Source: Klebsormidium nitens | Lineage: Eukaryota > Plantae > Klebsormidiophyceae | Length of the DNA: 64,000 nt | Assembly (NCBI GenBank): GCA_000708835.1 | Contig: DF237288.1 | Location: 1-64,000, forward strand | Direction of reading: 5' to 3' | Shown: piece after piece, positions 25,462 to 43,000 of the stretch | Layout: every line of letters starts with the position of its first letter | How positions within the stretch are numbered: the stretch's first letter is position 1 | Notes under the pieces: model-generated | Database searches by the model: none | What the model was told of the DNA's origin: nothing | What the model saw: the letters and a program-made list of their open reading frames with translations, nothing else | Program-made: the position numbers and the translations under genes

Positions 25462-26011
25462 GATTTGGTCGTAGACATGATTTGAATGGTCAATTCGCTG
25501 CCTTCAGAATGGTAGACATGCCCAATGCGGGTTAACACGCCCGCCAGCGACGGTTTAAACACCGTTCCCAATACAGTTCAAGCCAACAACGTTATAAGCA
25601 TCTTAGCTCAACTGTTCTTACTGAAGCGCGAGGTTCGTCCTAAACGGAACTGGTCCTGTAACTACCATTTTAAGGAGGTCGACTGACGCAGCCAAGAACA
25701 GCTTGCTCAACGCTGGTACGGCCCGGATTGAACCGTCAACGAGCGTCCTTCCCCCATCAAATTCCGAACATATGTCTCGGCTTGCGCTCGGAAGATGGAG
25801 AAAAGAATAAGGGCAGATTGGTCACCACTGCTTGCAGAATCGACGTCATTTACTTGAAGGAGCCTCCTGAGCAGTGATTTGGAAGGTTATGCTGTCGAAC
25901 GAAGAGCCACCCCTCGACCCTTGCATACATTTGCAAAAAGAGTGAGCTTATCTCAGCCGCCGTACAGCTCTGCGGAACCGTTCATTGCAAGCCTCTGCTT
26001 CGACGGGTGGG

Positions 26012-29000
26012 TTAGAGGGTCGCGACAGCAGCCTTGACGTCGGCATGATCTTGGATAGCCCGCTCCTCCGACTCTCCTGTCTTGATGGTGGCGCCCGTGC
26101 TGGCCGCCGGGTCCGCTTGCGTGGGCCCCGCCGCTGCGCCGCTGCGCTGGTCGAGCCAAGCGAGGATGTCGTGCCAGACCAGCTCGGCGTTGTCGTCCGG
26201 CTCGCCCGTAAGCAGGCCGTGCCACATGCCGGGGTACAGCTTGAACGTCTTGTCGAAGCTCTTGGCCTGGTCGTGCAGCGCGGCCGACACCTCCGGGTCC
26301 GTCACCGCGTCCGCGCCGCCGTGCAGCAGCAAGAACGGGATCGTCACCTGCGCGCAATGAGTCCGTCAGTTCCGTCTTGCGTTTGGTCGTTCCTACCATC
26401 TTCAGCAGCGCATGTCAAGGTATGGTTGTGGCAGGCCGCTGAGACCGTGCTCTGGCGGCCGGAAAGAACGCCGTAAGGTGATCTCGAGGCTTGTCGAATG
26501 GTTACGGCACACGCCGCAAACCGACCGGAGCAGAAGCATTCTCGAAAAAGCGTGAGCTCTCTAGTGTCGTACAAGCCCGGCTTGTAAGTCAAACCACCGG
26601 GCAGCTACAGCAACACCTCGTCCTCTGCTCCCGCCAGTTATTCAAGCTAATCTGCTTTTCGGCGGTGCGGAGCGTCCCCCCGGCGGCTCACCTCGTCTAG
26701 GCGCTGCTCGATGGAGCTGCTGGCGCGCAGCAGCGCGAGGGCGGTGCCCAGCCGGGGTTTCTCCTGATACGCGAACGGGTTTTTACGCAGCTGCAATGGA
26801 GCTGCGAACGGTTCAGAAATGAGCCCTGACGGCCACTCACAACAGGTCGCCTGTCTTTCCATCGCAGATCATATCACGCACCGAGCATGCTTCAGCCACG
26901 CGCAAAGCTACTGTGGAGGGCGCGTGAGTCACCTCTTCCCGCTTGGCGGGCTCCTTGAAACCAGTCTCGATGATGTCCTTTGTTGGAACGATCTTCCACT
27001 TGGGCGCCACGAACGCTAGCTTGGACATGATGGCCGTCACGATCGGGGGCGGCTTCAGCTTCTCCGAGATCTGCAGTCATACACGCGGGACAGGGTAAAG
27101 CGACCCATTTTCGCGAGTTGTGCTTCAAAACCTGTCGAAGAAGCAGTCGACATCCTTCTGAGAGATCATTGTTTGGGTGACGGAGCGCAGTCGGATCCAC
27201 TGCTGAGAACCTGACGTTTCCCACCCCCATGGATTGCGGCACCCGGCTTGGTCACTCTCGAATACTTCCTTCTAATTGTGAACCTCATCAGAGAGAAAGA
27301 AGATGAAATAACGCATAGGTACTCACTTTGCACATGGGTGCTAGAAGCACTGCACCTTTCCATGCGTCCGGCTCTCTCCGGTGTATGAGCAGGCAGATCG
27401 CGCCACCCATGGATTCTCCAAACAGGAAGCTGCCCTTGCCGGCGTACTCCGCTGCAAGGGACCAAACGCAAAGGTGTTGTGCCAGTCGAGCTTGTGTCCT
27501 GTCGTGCATCTTGTGAGTCCGTATCCAGTTTGTTGCCGAGATGAGTGTAGGGGTGGCCAGACTAATGCAGGCAAACTTGAAAGTGTCAGCACGTAGAACA
27601 GATCAGAACGACAACCAGTGCGGCTGAGGAAGAACGAGCATGACAAAGTCTCCGCAGCAGATTTGAGTATTGTCGAGCTCACCTTTGACCTTGTTGAAGA
27701 AGAAGAGTGCGTCGTCGACCAGGATGTCCAGGGACTTGAAGTAGACGGGTTCACCTGCACCACCGAGGGTAGTTCAAGGTAAGGTTACAGACTCAGCCAG
27801 CTCTGGGAAAAGCTGAAAATCCTCTTCCATATTTTCAACTTGCTTTGACTATTGCTCAGGATGGAGACTACAAAAGCCTCATGATATCTCAGAGGAGCCT
27901 CACGGCTGAATCTGCTGAGGGTCCGTCTGACAAATAATTTAGCGCTCAAATTAGAAAAACACGAAGAAGATAGCAAGTAAAGAAAGTTTCAAAGTCAGTC
28001 ACATGTTTTCGAAGTTGAGAAGCAGGGGTCGGCGAAAGCCGGCCAAACCATTGAGGGGGGGGTTCTGAAATCTTGAAAAGCCGACTGAAAAGAAAAGTAC
28101 CCGGCTGAAAGCTGGCCTATACTTCGAGGCGGCAGGGTTGAAGCCGGGGAGATATACCTAGGTGTCAAGGCTAGATAAGCCGACTGGATTCTGGAGTACC
28201 CGGCTTTGAGCCGACATTTTTGAACTTTTATGCCGACCCCTGTTGAGAAGAAGTATTACGACGGAGCTCTCGATTGTAACTTGGTAACTGTCGACTGCTT
28301 GTTGGCTCTCATAGACATGGATAACCTTACTACATTAGTAGTCACTTCACAAATATGGGCAAAATACAACCGTCACCAGACCAATCCAATTGTACCATGG
28401 AATCTGTATCTCAAAGGCACAATAAGTACAGGTCTGCCAGCAGAATCACGCCTCTGATCTTCTGATGACGGAACTTTTGGGGAAGCGATCAGAGTGGTTG
28501 AGCAGAACACAGCTGGAAGAGGATTAGCCACCTTCAGATTGTCCATGTCCCATGTGATCCAGGGCAACGGCTGCAAACCCATCCTTGGCGAGGCGTTCAC
28601 CAACTCCTGCAGAGGCACTGGGGTTGCATTCTGAGCAATGGCAACAGCCTCTGAGGCTGGGTCCATGAGACCAGCTGACGAGTTAGCAACCTCCGTGAGG
28701 GGAAAATTGCGTGGGCAGTACAACGACCTTGGAGACTGCTTACCATGTAGCAGCACTGTTCGGATCTGGGGCCCCAGACCACGGGACATAATGCAGGGAC
28801 ATCGAGGTGCAAAATTGAGCGGATGCATATGTATGTATATGAAAGTCTGGCAAAGCTCTGAGGCCAGGGTACTGGACAGCAGTTTGGTACTGGGCTTCCG
28901 CTTGCACCAGAATTGAGCATGGTGCCTGCGCCCTCTGGACAAGCCTGGCAATCACTGGGAGAGAATGAGTGCCCCACCTCCAAAGTAGATGCTACTCTCC

Positions 29001-30191
29001 ATCCCATACCCATGGACCTGTAACAACAGTGGAGAGGGACTAAGCCAGGACCCAATACAAACAGCACAATGGAGGATTCGACAGCAACTACATCCTTGAG
29101 AACCTTAAGAAGCTACCAGAGAAGAATCTTAAGAAGCTACGAAAGGCAAGAGACCAGAAGAGTCGGGGCAAGCAAGCAGGCCAGCATGTATATTATACTC
29201 ACTATACACACAAGAGCCTTCGCCTCCCCCTCGGGCAACCAACGTTGTGTAAAGAGCTTCAAACCTGGCACAAGAAGGTAAGTTGGTAAGAGATGTCGAC
29301 AAGGTTGGCCTGAAGCAGGGTCACCGTGCTAAGAGCATTTGTTTAGACCTCACCAAGGGCTTCCCTGCACTTTCTTTGAAAAGAAGCTGCCAAATACTCC
29401 TGTGTAGCCAATCTTGTGTAATATCAACCCAAGCTCTCATAAGAAGATACAACAGGAGAGGCGTCAAAAACGTGATGGGTGACATACCTCGGGCTGTTGT
29501 CTCGATAGACTCTGAATGGGAGATGCCGAGCCCAGCCTGGAAGAATACAGAATCATTCAATAATTGTTCCAGGACGACCGTCAGCTCTCCTGCCATCAGA
29601 AAGATGCAAAAGGAAATGGTGCAGAAGCTGTGATGCTGTTTGAATGCTAGATCGCATTCTTAACATCTGCACTTGCAGTGTAAGCCTTCCAGGAGGTTCA
29701 AGCCTCCTCACATAGTATTCATCAGACTTCTTCCAAGCCGGAGCTGCCATAATGCCCTCAAGCGGCGCTCTCTGGAGATTGAACCTTTCTGGAGCGCAGC
29801 AAGCGGCCCAACGAAGTGTAGGTACTAGGACCTAACCAGTTCGCCCTTCAAAGTTCAAATCTACATGTGCGCTTGCTAATGGCAACAGGGTGGTGAAAAA
29901 TCAAATGAGGAATTGCTGAGAGCTTTCAAGTTCTGTTGAGCTGCAAATTGGTAGGTAGGTAGCTCCATTCTTGGAAACCCAGATTCCAATTGTTCCTTAG
30001 GTATTGTCCCAAACAGGGCGCAGTGACAGGACCTCCCCGGAAACTTCACGGTTCTTTAGCTCACTGCCAGCAAGAGCCGACAAAGTTTTAAGTTTTCTAG
30101 CGCGGCGAAGTGACGTTTCTGGGCCCGGTGGCGACGGTTTTCTAACTTGGGCCTCTTTGTCGCCAGAGAATGAGAATTTGAACCATGACAT
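26012..30191 (-). CDS. Monoacylglycerol lipase / CSE-like alpha/beta hydrolase, paralog 2
   Basis: Exons: (MSWFKFSFSGDKEAQ|RAPLEGI)MAAPAWKKSDEYY|AGLGISHSESIETTARG|LKLFTQRWLP..ALVCI|VHGMGW, DHMGHGQSE|G, GESMGG, APMCK, KPRLGTA, VTIPFLLLHGGADAVTDP, YPGMWHGL. Alternative start at 29750. One junction is phase-discordant (see findings). Confidence 0.88.
28023..28242. mobile_element. hAT-family MITE (220 bp) in an intron of lipase paralog 2
   Basis: Perfect 11-bp TIR CAGGGGTCGGC...GCCGACCCCTG; 8-bp TSD TTGAGAAG at 28015-28022 and 28243-28250; internal repeated aagccgact...gtacccggct motifs. Confidence 0.92.
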
Positions 30192-30364
30192 CTTTGTCTC
30201 GATATCTGGGTTATCCAAACCACAATCACACAGTGACACAATGTGCAATGTTCAAAGGTCTTCGAAGAGCTTGGAAAAGGGAAACAGGCGCTTGCAAAGG
30301 AAGGGCTGGTCCCACTTCATCTTCGTGGAATCACTTGAGTTCAGACGCCATTCTGCATAAGGAA

Positions 30365-31727
30365 ATGTTTCCCCAATGGGTTCTAGCCGGGCTCATTGCA
30401 GGCGCTGTGTTGCAGCGGCTAGTGAAAGGGCGCAGGCGCAGAGCATATAGGAAAGGCGAGGGAAAGGGTGACCTTCCGGATGTCAGATATAGTGCCACGG
30501 GCTTCGGAGTAGAAAGAGCCAGTAGTGGGGAACTGCTGCAGTCCATCGAGGAAGAAGAGATGGCCGAGGACTCTCAGGCTGAAGCTGTTGACAGTGCGGA
30601 AGATGATGGAGAGCCGTGCCAGCAGCAGCTCAATGGTGTCTGCACAAGTCCAGAGTTGTCTGGTGCTAGCGCTGCGAGTGGCCTACCAGCACTATCTTCA
30701 GCAATGAACCAGAATGTGGAGCCTCTGGAAATAGTAGATGCAGAGGAATCGAGCTCTGTAGATCCGATAGCCATGCCTGACAGTGATAGTCCAGAAGAGC
30801 AAACGCCACATACCATAGGATCCGGTGTTGCTGACGTGTTTGAAGTCAGACAGGGGAATGCAGAGTCTGACGAGGCTAATGAGGTGGTAATAGACCCCGG
30901 TCCACTAAATGGTCCAGACTCAGGTGTTGATAACGAAGGTCAGGACGACCAAGAGGCGCGTGCTGATGTTGGCAATGTGTTACCGTCGGCACATCAGTCT
31001 GCCAGCCAAGAGAATGGGGAAGCAAGGTAAGGGGTCTGGTTCATAAGAGATGGTTTAGCTGACCCTGCAATGGACGACGTTTCGGTTGGTGACATGTGTT
31101 GAGGCAGCGATGCAGTTCATCAAGCTTGATCTAATGTTGCCCGACCGCTCTCCGTGTAGCTCTACCCAAGCTCACGGTGAGGCAGCAGATGACATGGAAA
31201 GGAGTCCTGAGCAGGTGAGAAACACTTTTGGTCCTTAGTCCCATGATTCTTGCAGCCCTATTTAGATGCTTTACGGGATGCCCGCTTGTGCGCTCCATGA
31301 CTTCTCTGCTTGAGCCTTGCCAGTTTCTTATCCTGATCGTGCCCATCGTCTTGGAAGCTGGCACCTTTGAAAGCTTGGCGGGGGGGAAACAACCTTGAAT
31401 CAATCAAGCATTACTGCCAGTCATGGTCTGTGTTGCCTCATTACAATCTTGACTATGCTGCAGCCAGCGGCAGCTCCCCAGTCACCTGCACCAGCGGGAG
31501 GGCAGGAAGAGGGGAGGGAAGCTTCTCCGCCCCCTTCTGGGCACAAGGTATTAAGGCCTCGGGTATCGCCTCCCCTGGTCAGAGTTGGGCTGACAGTACC
31601 CAGTCCCTTAGAACACCAAAGGCCGGGCTTGGCTGGACTCCTCAAAGATCGGGACTTTGATAGGCACAGCTCAGCGTATGGTGTGAGGCTCTGGATGGTT
31701 ACGCCAGACATGGCCTCAAGATTGTGA
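30365..31727 (+). CDS. Hypothetical acidic, disordered protein with N-terminal hydrophobic segment and C-terminal SRL (3 predicted exons)
   Basis: Open frame from ATG 30365 to donor AG|GTAAGG (about 31026); a phase-compatible exon at about 31170-31224; terminal exon about 31463-31727 ending MASRL*. No family recognised. Confidence 0.5.
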
Positions 31728-33323
31728 CATGATGCAAGTCATGATACTCACAGTGGATCTTGGGAGTGGGTCGAACACCTTCGTAGGAAAGCGAAAATGG
31801 TTAACCTAGAACTGTACATTGCAGCAATTGACCTTTTATGTCCTGACAAATGACCGACAACACTGCTGGAAAGCCAAGCCGATGAGTTAGAGAGATCGAA
31901 ATCATCTGCCACTCCGCTGGACCTAGCCAGCCATCACACGATAATCTGCAGCCCTGCCTAGGGAATATGGAGCGGATCTCAGACCAGTTAGCAGTACACA
32001 TGCTCCCGGGTTGCTTAAGGACCTTCATGTCAGATCAATGATCTACGCCCAGCTCCATATAAGGGAGCCATCATGCAATTGTGCACGTATGCACGGATCG
32101 GCCTGGAAAGCTTGAAGGTCGGATCCGACTTGGTTGCATATGTTCATGTTATGTTCATATTATCTGCGCGCGAGCTCATGCGCGGCCCTGACATACTACA
32201 TAATCGACAGTTCCTTTTCTTTCAATATTATTATAAGCATGTGCCCTGAAGCCTTGCAAAAGCATTGAACTCTCCATGGGCCCGCTCGCGTTTGTAATGA
32301 ACCCTTTCATTAAGCAGTAAACACAACTTGCATAAATATCAACGGACTATCAAAATTGTACATCGATACATCAAGTAGCCATAGAATGCATTCAGTTGCA
32401 TCGCAATGACAGCCGAAATGAGGCGCCTCCTGAACATTCACACGATCAAGTCAGTTGGATTCGCTCTGGTCATTCCGAATTGGTGGACGACGTCATTTCC
32501 CGACATCTGTTGCGTGAGGATGGCGGACTGAATACTGTCTGCATACCCTGAACATGTCTATTCCAGAATCAACTGTGCACAATCTCACATGGCCTGCAAG
32601 CGAGTTCTTAGCTCGGTTGTGGCCCTGTGTTTGGGACAATCATATGGACGCTTGACAGTTGCCGTCCAGCTCGCAGGAAGTTCTCTACGAGGCATCTAAG
32701 TGGCCGTCAATTCTGCTTGTGATCACATGACCCACTCGCTGGCGAAAAAGAGCATGTCGGTCTGAAAAGAGTGCCTGACTTGAGCTAGCTTGCTTCAAGC
32801 TCGCATCCAAGACAGCTGCCTGTCGAGGTCCACTTCTCATCATGCGTTATTGGACCGGTGTGGACGAAAACTCTGCCGCCGTTTGCGCTTGCCACCTACA
32901 TCATTCAGCTGGAGTCAGTCCCCTATGTTTCGCCACACATGAAACTACGCACCAGACACACCCGAGCACCGCCATCCGCTCAACATGACTTGTAAAGGTG
33001 TTCCAATCCAACTAGAATGTCCTCCCCCTTGGAAGTTTTGCCATGTGGGGTTTAGTATGGGGTTAAAAGTTCTTTGAGTTTCCGAAGCAGGAATCTGCTG
33101 GGGTTGGTAGGAGGTTAGTCGCTCAAGTTTTTGATCTCGGTCAACGCGGTCAACCCGGTAAGAGTTTCGGCCAATCGGATCACGAATAAAAGTGCCTTAC
33201 CGTTTTAGGAACATGTCATGTCAATAAGGGAGGCAAAGATAGTGCACGCGGGCCCTCCCCGACGGATGCAAATGCACAGAGGGTCACATCAAGAAAACTG
33301 AGATTGTAAGCGGACCGTTTTGT

Positions 33324-38878
<5,555 letters not shown>

Positions 38879-39090
38879 CTTCGCCCCAGCTCAGGAGGCT
38901 CGAAGCATTCGTCTGCACGAACAGCCTCGGCAACCCAAGAAAAGACAAAGAGCTTCTAGCCCTCCCAAGCAAACTTCTCACTTTGTTCAAACGTTCCAAA
39001 TGAAAAGCTGGCTGCTGCGCCCAGGCTCTCACGGTGACATGCCCCACATTATCATATGCTGTGAACTTTGAACATACGGAACTACAACTA

Positions 39091-39275
39091 CCGTACTGCT
39101 TTCGGCGAAAAATAAATAATTATTTGGCCTGCTGAAAATTTTAAATAATTATCCAAGGGCGATAATGGTCGATAACGGTTCTTTTTAGCAGGTAACGTTG
39201 GGTCTGCCGAAAGTTTAAAACGTTTCATAATTAATTATTTTGCGTCGAAGGTGCCGATATTAAAAAGCAGTACGG
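39091..39275. mobile_element. Tc1/mariner-type MITE (185 bp)
   Basis: TA|CCGTACTGCTTT ... AAAGCAGTACGG|TA: perfect 12-bp TIR with TA on both sides, plus AT-rich subterminal imperfect inverted repeats (aaataattat / ataattaattatttt). Confidence 0.75.
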
Positions 39276-40089
39276 TAATACAAGTACAACTTCAAACACT
39301 CAGGACTGCCACAGTGCCACTGACAAAACAGACGACCGACGTCAGTTCTCGAGCTGCTGGCCCGACAAGTGGTCGCCCGAAAATGCTTCGAAGCCTTCGA
39401 GAGCTCACAAGAACGGTAAGCTCTTGACGGTTCAATTAAATGCCACATGTATAGTTTTGGCACAGAAAATCACCGGTTTTGGAGACGTTAGTCCGGTTAT
39501 CCGAAACGACAGCCGTTTCGCGGAGCGACCAATCTTGCATTAAAAGTGATCTCCATAGACCTAACAGAGGCATGACACTGACAGTTCGCACCAGACTTCT
39601 ACAAGAAACATTTCTTTTGTTTTCTTAATTCACAGAATCCGGTTTATGTAAGACCTCCGTTCGACCTTACCGGTACCATAACCCTCTACCTCTGATTAAA
39701 CTGCAGGATCTGTGGAGCTCAGAATATCGAAACCAGAGATTATCGCACCACGTCCGTCAAAAGTTGAATGGTGCGAATGGCAATGAGTCGTCAAACGTCC
39801 ATGACGTCCTCCTCAGCCGTTCAGGTTGAACGTAGACTGGAGACTGAGTCCAGTCTGGCTGGCACAGAGAAGCTTCCAACCCCGTCACTCTCTGATCACC
39901 TGTGTGCAAGTCGGACTGGGTGGCTCAAGTTGCTTGCTAAGGCGTTCCTGCCGCCTGCGCTGTTGGGCAGGTCAGCTACCGTCGGCCAAGACCTGCTGGG
40001 ACCTTGTGCTTGCCTCTGCTTGTGTCCGTAGCCGGGGACATCCTTGACTGGTGTATTGCAAGATTTTGCTGCTCAGGCGGAGCGAGGAC

Positions 40090-43000
40090 ATGGCAAGGGC
40101 CAAACTGCTGCCATGCACAGGGTCTGGCACCTTGCTGGGGAGAAGGTTGAAAGTGTTTGCAATGGCCATTGCTGTCTTCTTCGACTACAAGGTATGTTGT
40201 TGGCGCCTCCCTTGCTGGTCTTAAGGCCGTTCTAAGCATTCGCTGCCCTAGCTGCCCCCCCCACCTGTAGCTTTTCTTTGACCCTGCAGTGATCTGCGAT
40301 GGTGGCCGTCCCATCCTGTGTCCATGCATGGGCTGCCCTGCCCCCTGACTGGCCTGCCTCTGCTGCGTGCAGCGGCTGCAGCGGCGCAGCAAGTGGATCA
40401 AGGACAGCGCCAAGGTGGACGCGCTCTACGAGGCAGCCCACGAGCGCAACGCAGCGCGCATCTTCTCCACCATCTGCGCCCTTGAGGGCCTCTGGGTGAG
40501 TGCCACCACTTGATACTGGACGCGCCGTTCCTCACTGCCTGCCTGCCCCGTCACCTGGACAGAGTGCTCCATGATCAGATCTGAGGATACAATTGACTCA
40601 TCTTTGGGCGGCACCCCCCCTTGCGCAGGTGAAGGCTGGGCAGTATCTGTCCTCGCGCGCGGACGTGCTTCCGGAGGCGTACATCAGCAGACTAAAGCTC
40701 CTGCAGGATGCGCTGCCCCCGCGCCCCTTGGAGGAGATTGTAGAGACTGTGGAGGAGGAGCTGGGGGGGAAGGTCCAGGACCTCTTCACATCATTCGATG
40801 AGACGCCACTGGCCACAGCCTCCATAGCCCAGGTGATTGCCAGACGGCTTGTTGCGGAATTTCTTTAGGTCGTTAATAAAGTGAACTTCGACCAGAAACA
40901 GAGCTCTGGTTGATTTATTATTCCCCACAGTAAGTCTGTCATTTGATTACTGAAAGAGGCTGATAGCACCACCTTTTTCCCTTGTGTTGTACATGGGCAG
41001 CTGTCATGGGCCCGCCTGGAACTTCAACTTACGATGACCAGCTACTCCCAGATTCCTGGAATTTGTCAGTCATGAGCCATCGGTTCATTGCCCAAAACTT
41101 TGAAGGTCCAGAGTTTTACAGCGTCTAAGATGGGCGCTCTTCTCTTTGAAGTTTTCAAGACCGCTGGCCTGCGGTCTGACAGCCCGTCTTGTGTCAGGTG
41201 CACCGCGCGGTGACGCTGGAGGGGCAGCAGGTGGTGGTCAAGGTGCAGCACCGGGGCATCAAGGAGGTCATCCTCCAGGTGTGGCCCCGCCCCTCACCTG
41301 CTGTCACTGCCCTGCTTATTCTGGAATGCCAGCCCTTCGATTGGTACGACTTGGGTGCTTGGGGTGGGTTGCATGTGTTGCTGTGCTTGGCCGTGTGGAC
41401 CCGTCTCATGTGCGCTGCAGGTTGTTGAGGGGTTGCCAGTTCTGAGGAAAGCGCGTATCACTTCACTCTGGGTGTGCTCCTGCAGGATCTGTCCAACCTG
41501 CGCACCATCGTTGAGTGGATAGCCTGGTCGGACCCGCAGTACAACTTCGGGCCCATGATTGATGAATGGTGAGTTGCTGCTGCGTGCATCTTGTCGGCAA
41601 TCCGTCAGCCTCTTTCCGTCACATCCTTGTTTCTCAGAGCTTCAACGAAACCTTGAGCATTGTTGTGTCGTTCTGTTTCCGGCAAGGTCTGCTATTGGCG
41701 CCATTTTCCAGCCATGTTGACGCATGACACCGTTGCTTTTTGGCATTCGAACTTCGGAATGTAGTTCGATGTTTCGGTTTCCCTCTGCAGGTGTGCGGAG
41801 GTGCCCAAGGAGCTCAACTTTGAGGTGGAAGCGGGTAAGCCGCCCCCGTTTCAACTGGGCCCGTCGAGAAAACGGGACCATGCTTACGTGGTATTAGCAG
41901 GTCCTTGAAGGCTGTGCTTGCAGAGGTCGTCTCTCGGTAGTCAGGATGAACCTCCCGGCCAGAGGGGCCAGAGACGTGGCAGCTTGTCTCGCAGTGGTTC
42001 GAAGAAGACGCAAACCAGCCTCAGCGATGCCACAAATGATTGTGCCGCCTACTATCTTCGTGCGCCGCAGCCAATACGGACCGCGTGCGCACCAGCCTGA
42101 GCGCGGATGCCAGCGCTGCGACGCGGGTAGAGGTGCTGCTGCCGGCGGTGGTGCGGGCCACGCAGCGCGTGCTGCTGCTCGAGTTCTTTGACGGGCTGCG
42201 GCTCAACAACCGCGCCGCGCTGGACGCGCACGGGGTGGACCGGCAGCGCCTCGTGGAGGTCATCTGCCGTGCCTATGCGCGGCAGATCTATGTCGACGGC
42301 TTCTTCAACGCAGACCCGCACCCTGGCAACTTCCTAGGTAAGCCTGTTCAGCGAAAACCGTCGCTTTGTCCACCGATGTGTCCTGCAGTCGGCTTGCCTG
42401 CAGTCGCCCCTGGCTCCTCGAGTCTCTCCTCTCTGGCCTGCCTTCTTGCCTTGAGATCGTGCCTCCGATCCTGTGTGGTGCAGTTTCGAAGGTCCCTCCC
42501 CACGCTCCAATCCTGCTCGACTTCGGGCTGACCAAGACTTTGCGCCCGGCCATGAAGGTCGCCCTCGCCAAACAGCTCTTAGCCGCGGCCGAGGTCAGCC
42601 CCGCTGCAGTTCGCCCTGTCTCCTGTAGGACCCACCATGCTTTCTCGACTGTTTACAGCATGTGTGAAATCTAGATTGTCAAGTGGAGGCCGGTCCTTTC
42701 AGGCTAGTAAACCCTCCTGGTCTGGGTTGATCAGGCGCACTCTTTCTCTTGCCGAATCTGACTGGGCTTTGCGTGCATTGCAGATGGACATGTCGGCGCT
42801 GCTGAGCTCGTTCGAGGAGATGGGCCTGCGCCTCAACCGCGACATGCCCGAGGAGAGCCTGGCGCTCACCAACTTCTTCTTCCGGAGGGCCGCCCCCGCT
42901 CAGGAGGCCAAGGTCAGCGCACGCCCCTTCCATTGACATGCTGCAGGCCACGTACAACTGCTTCTGTGAAGGAGTCCTCGCAAAGCTCAACTCTGGAAAC

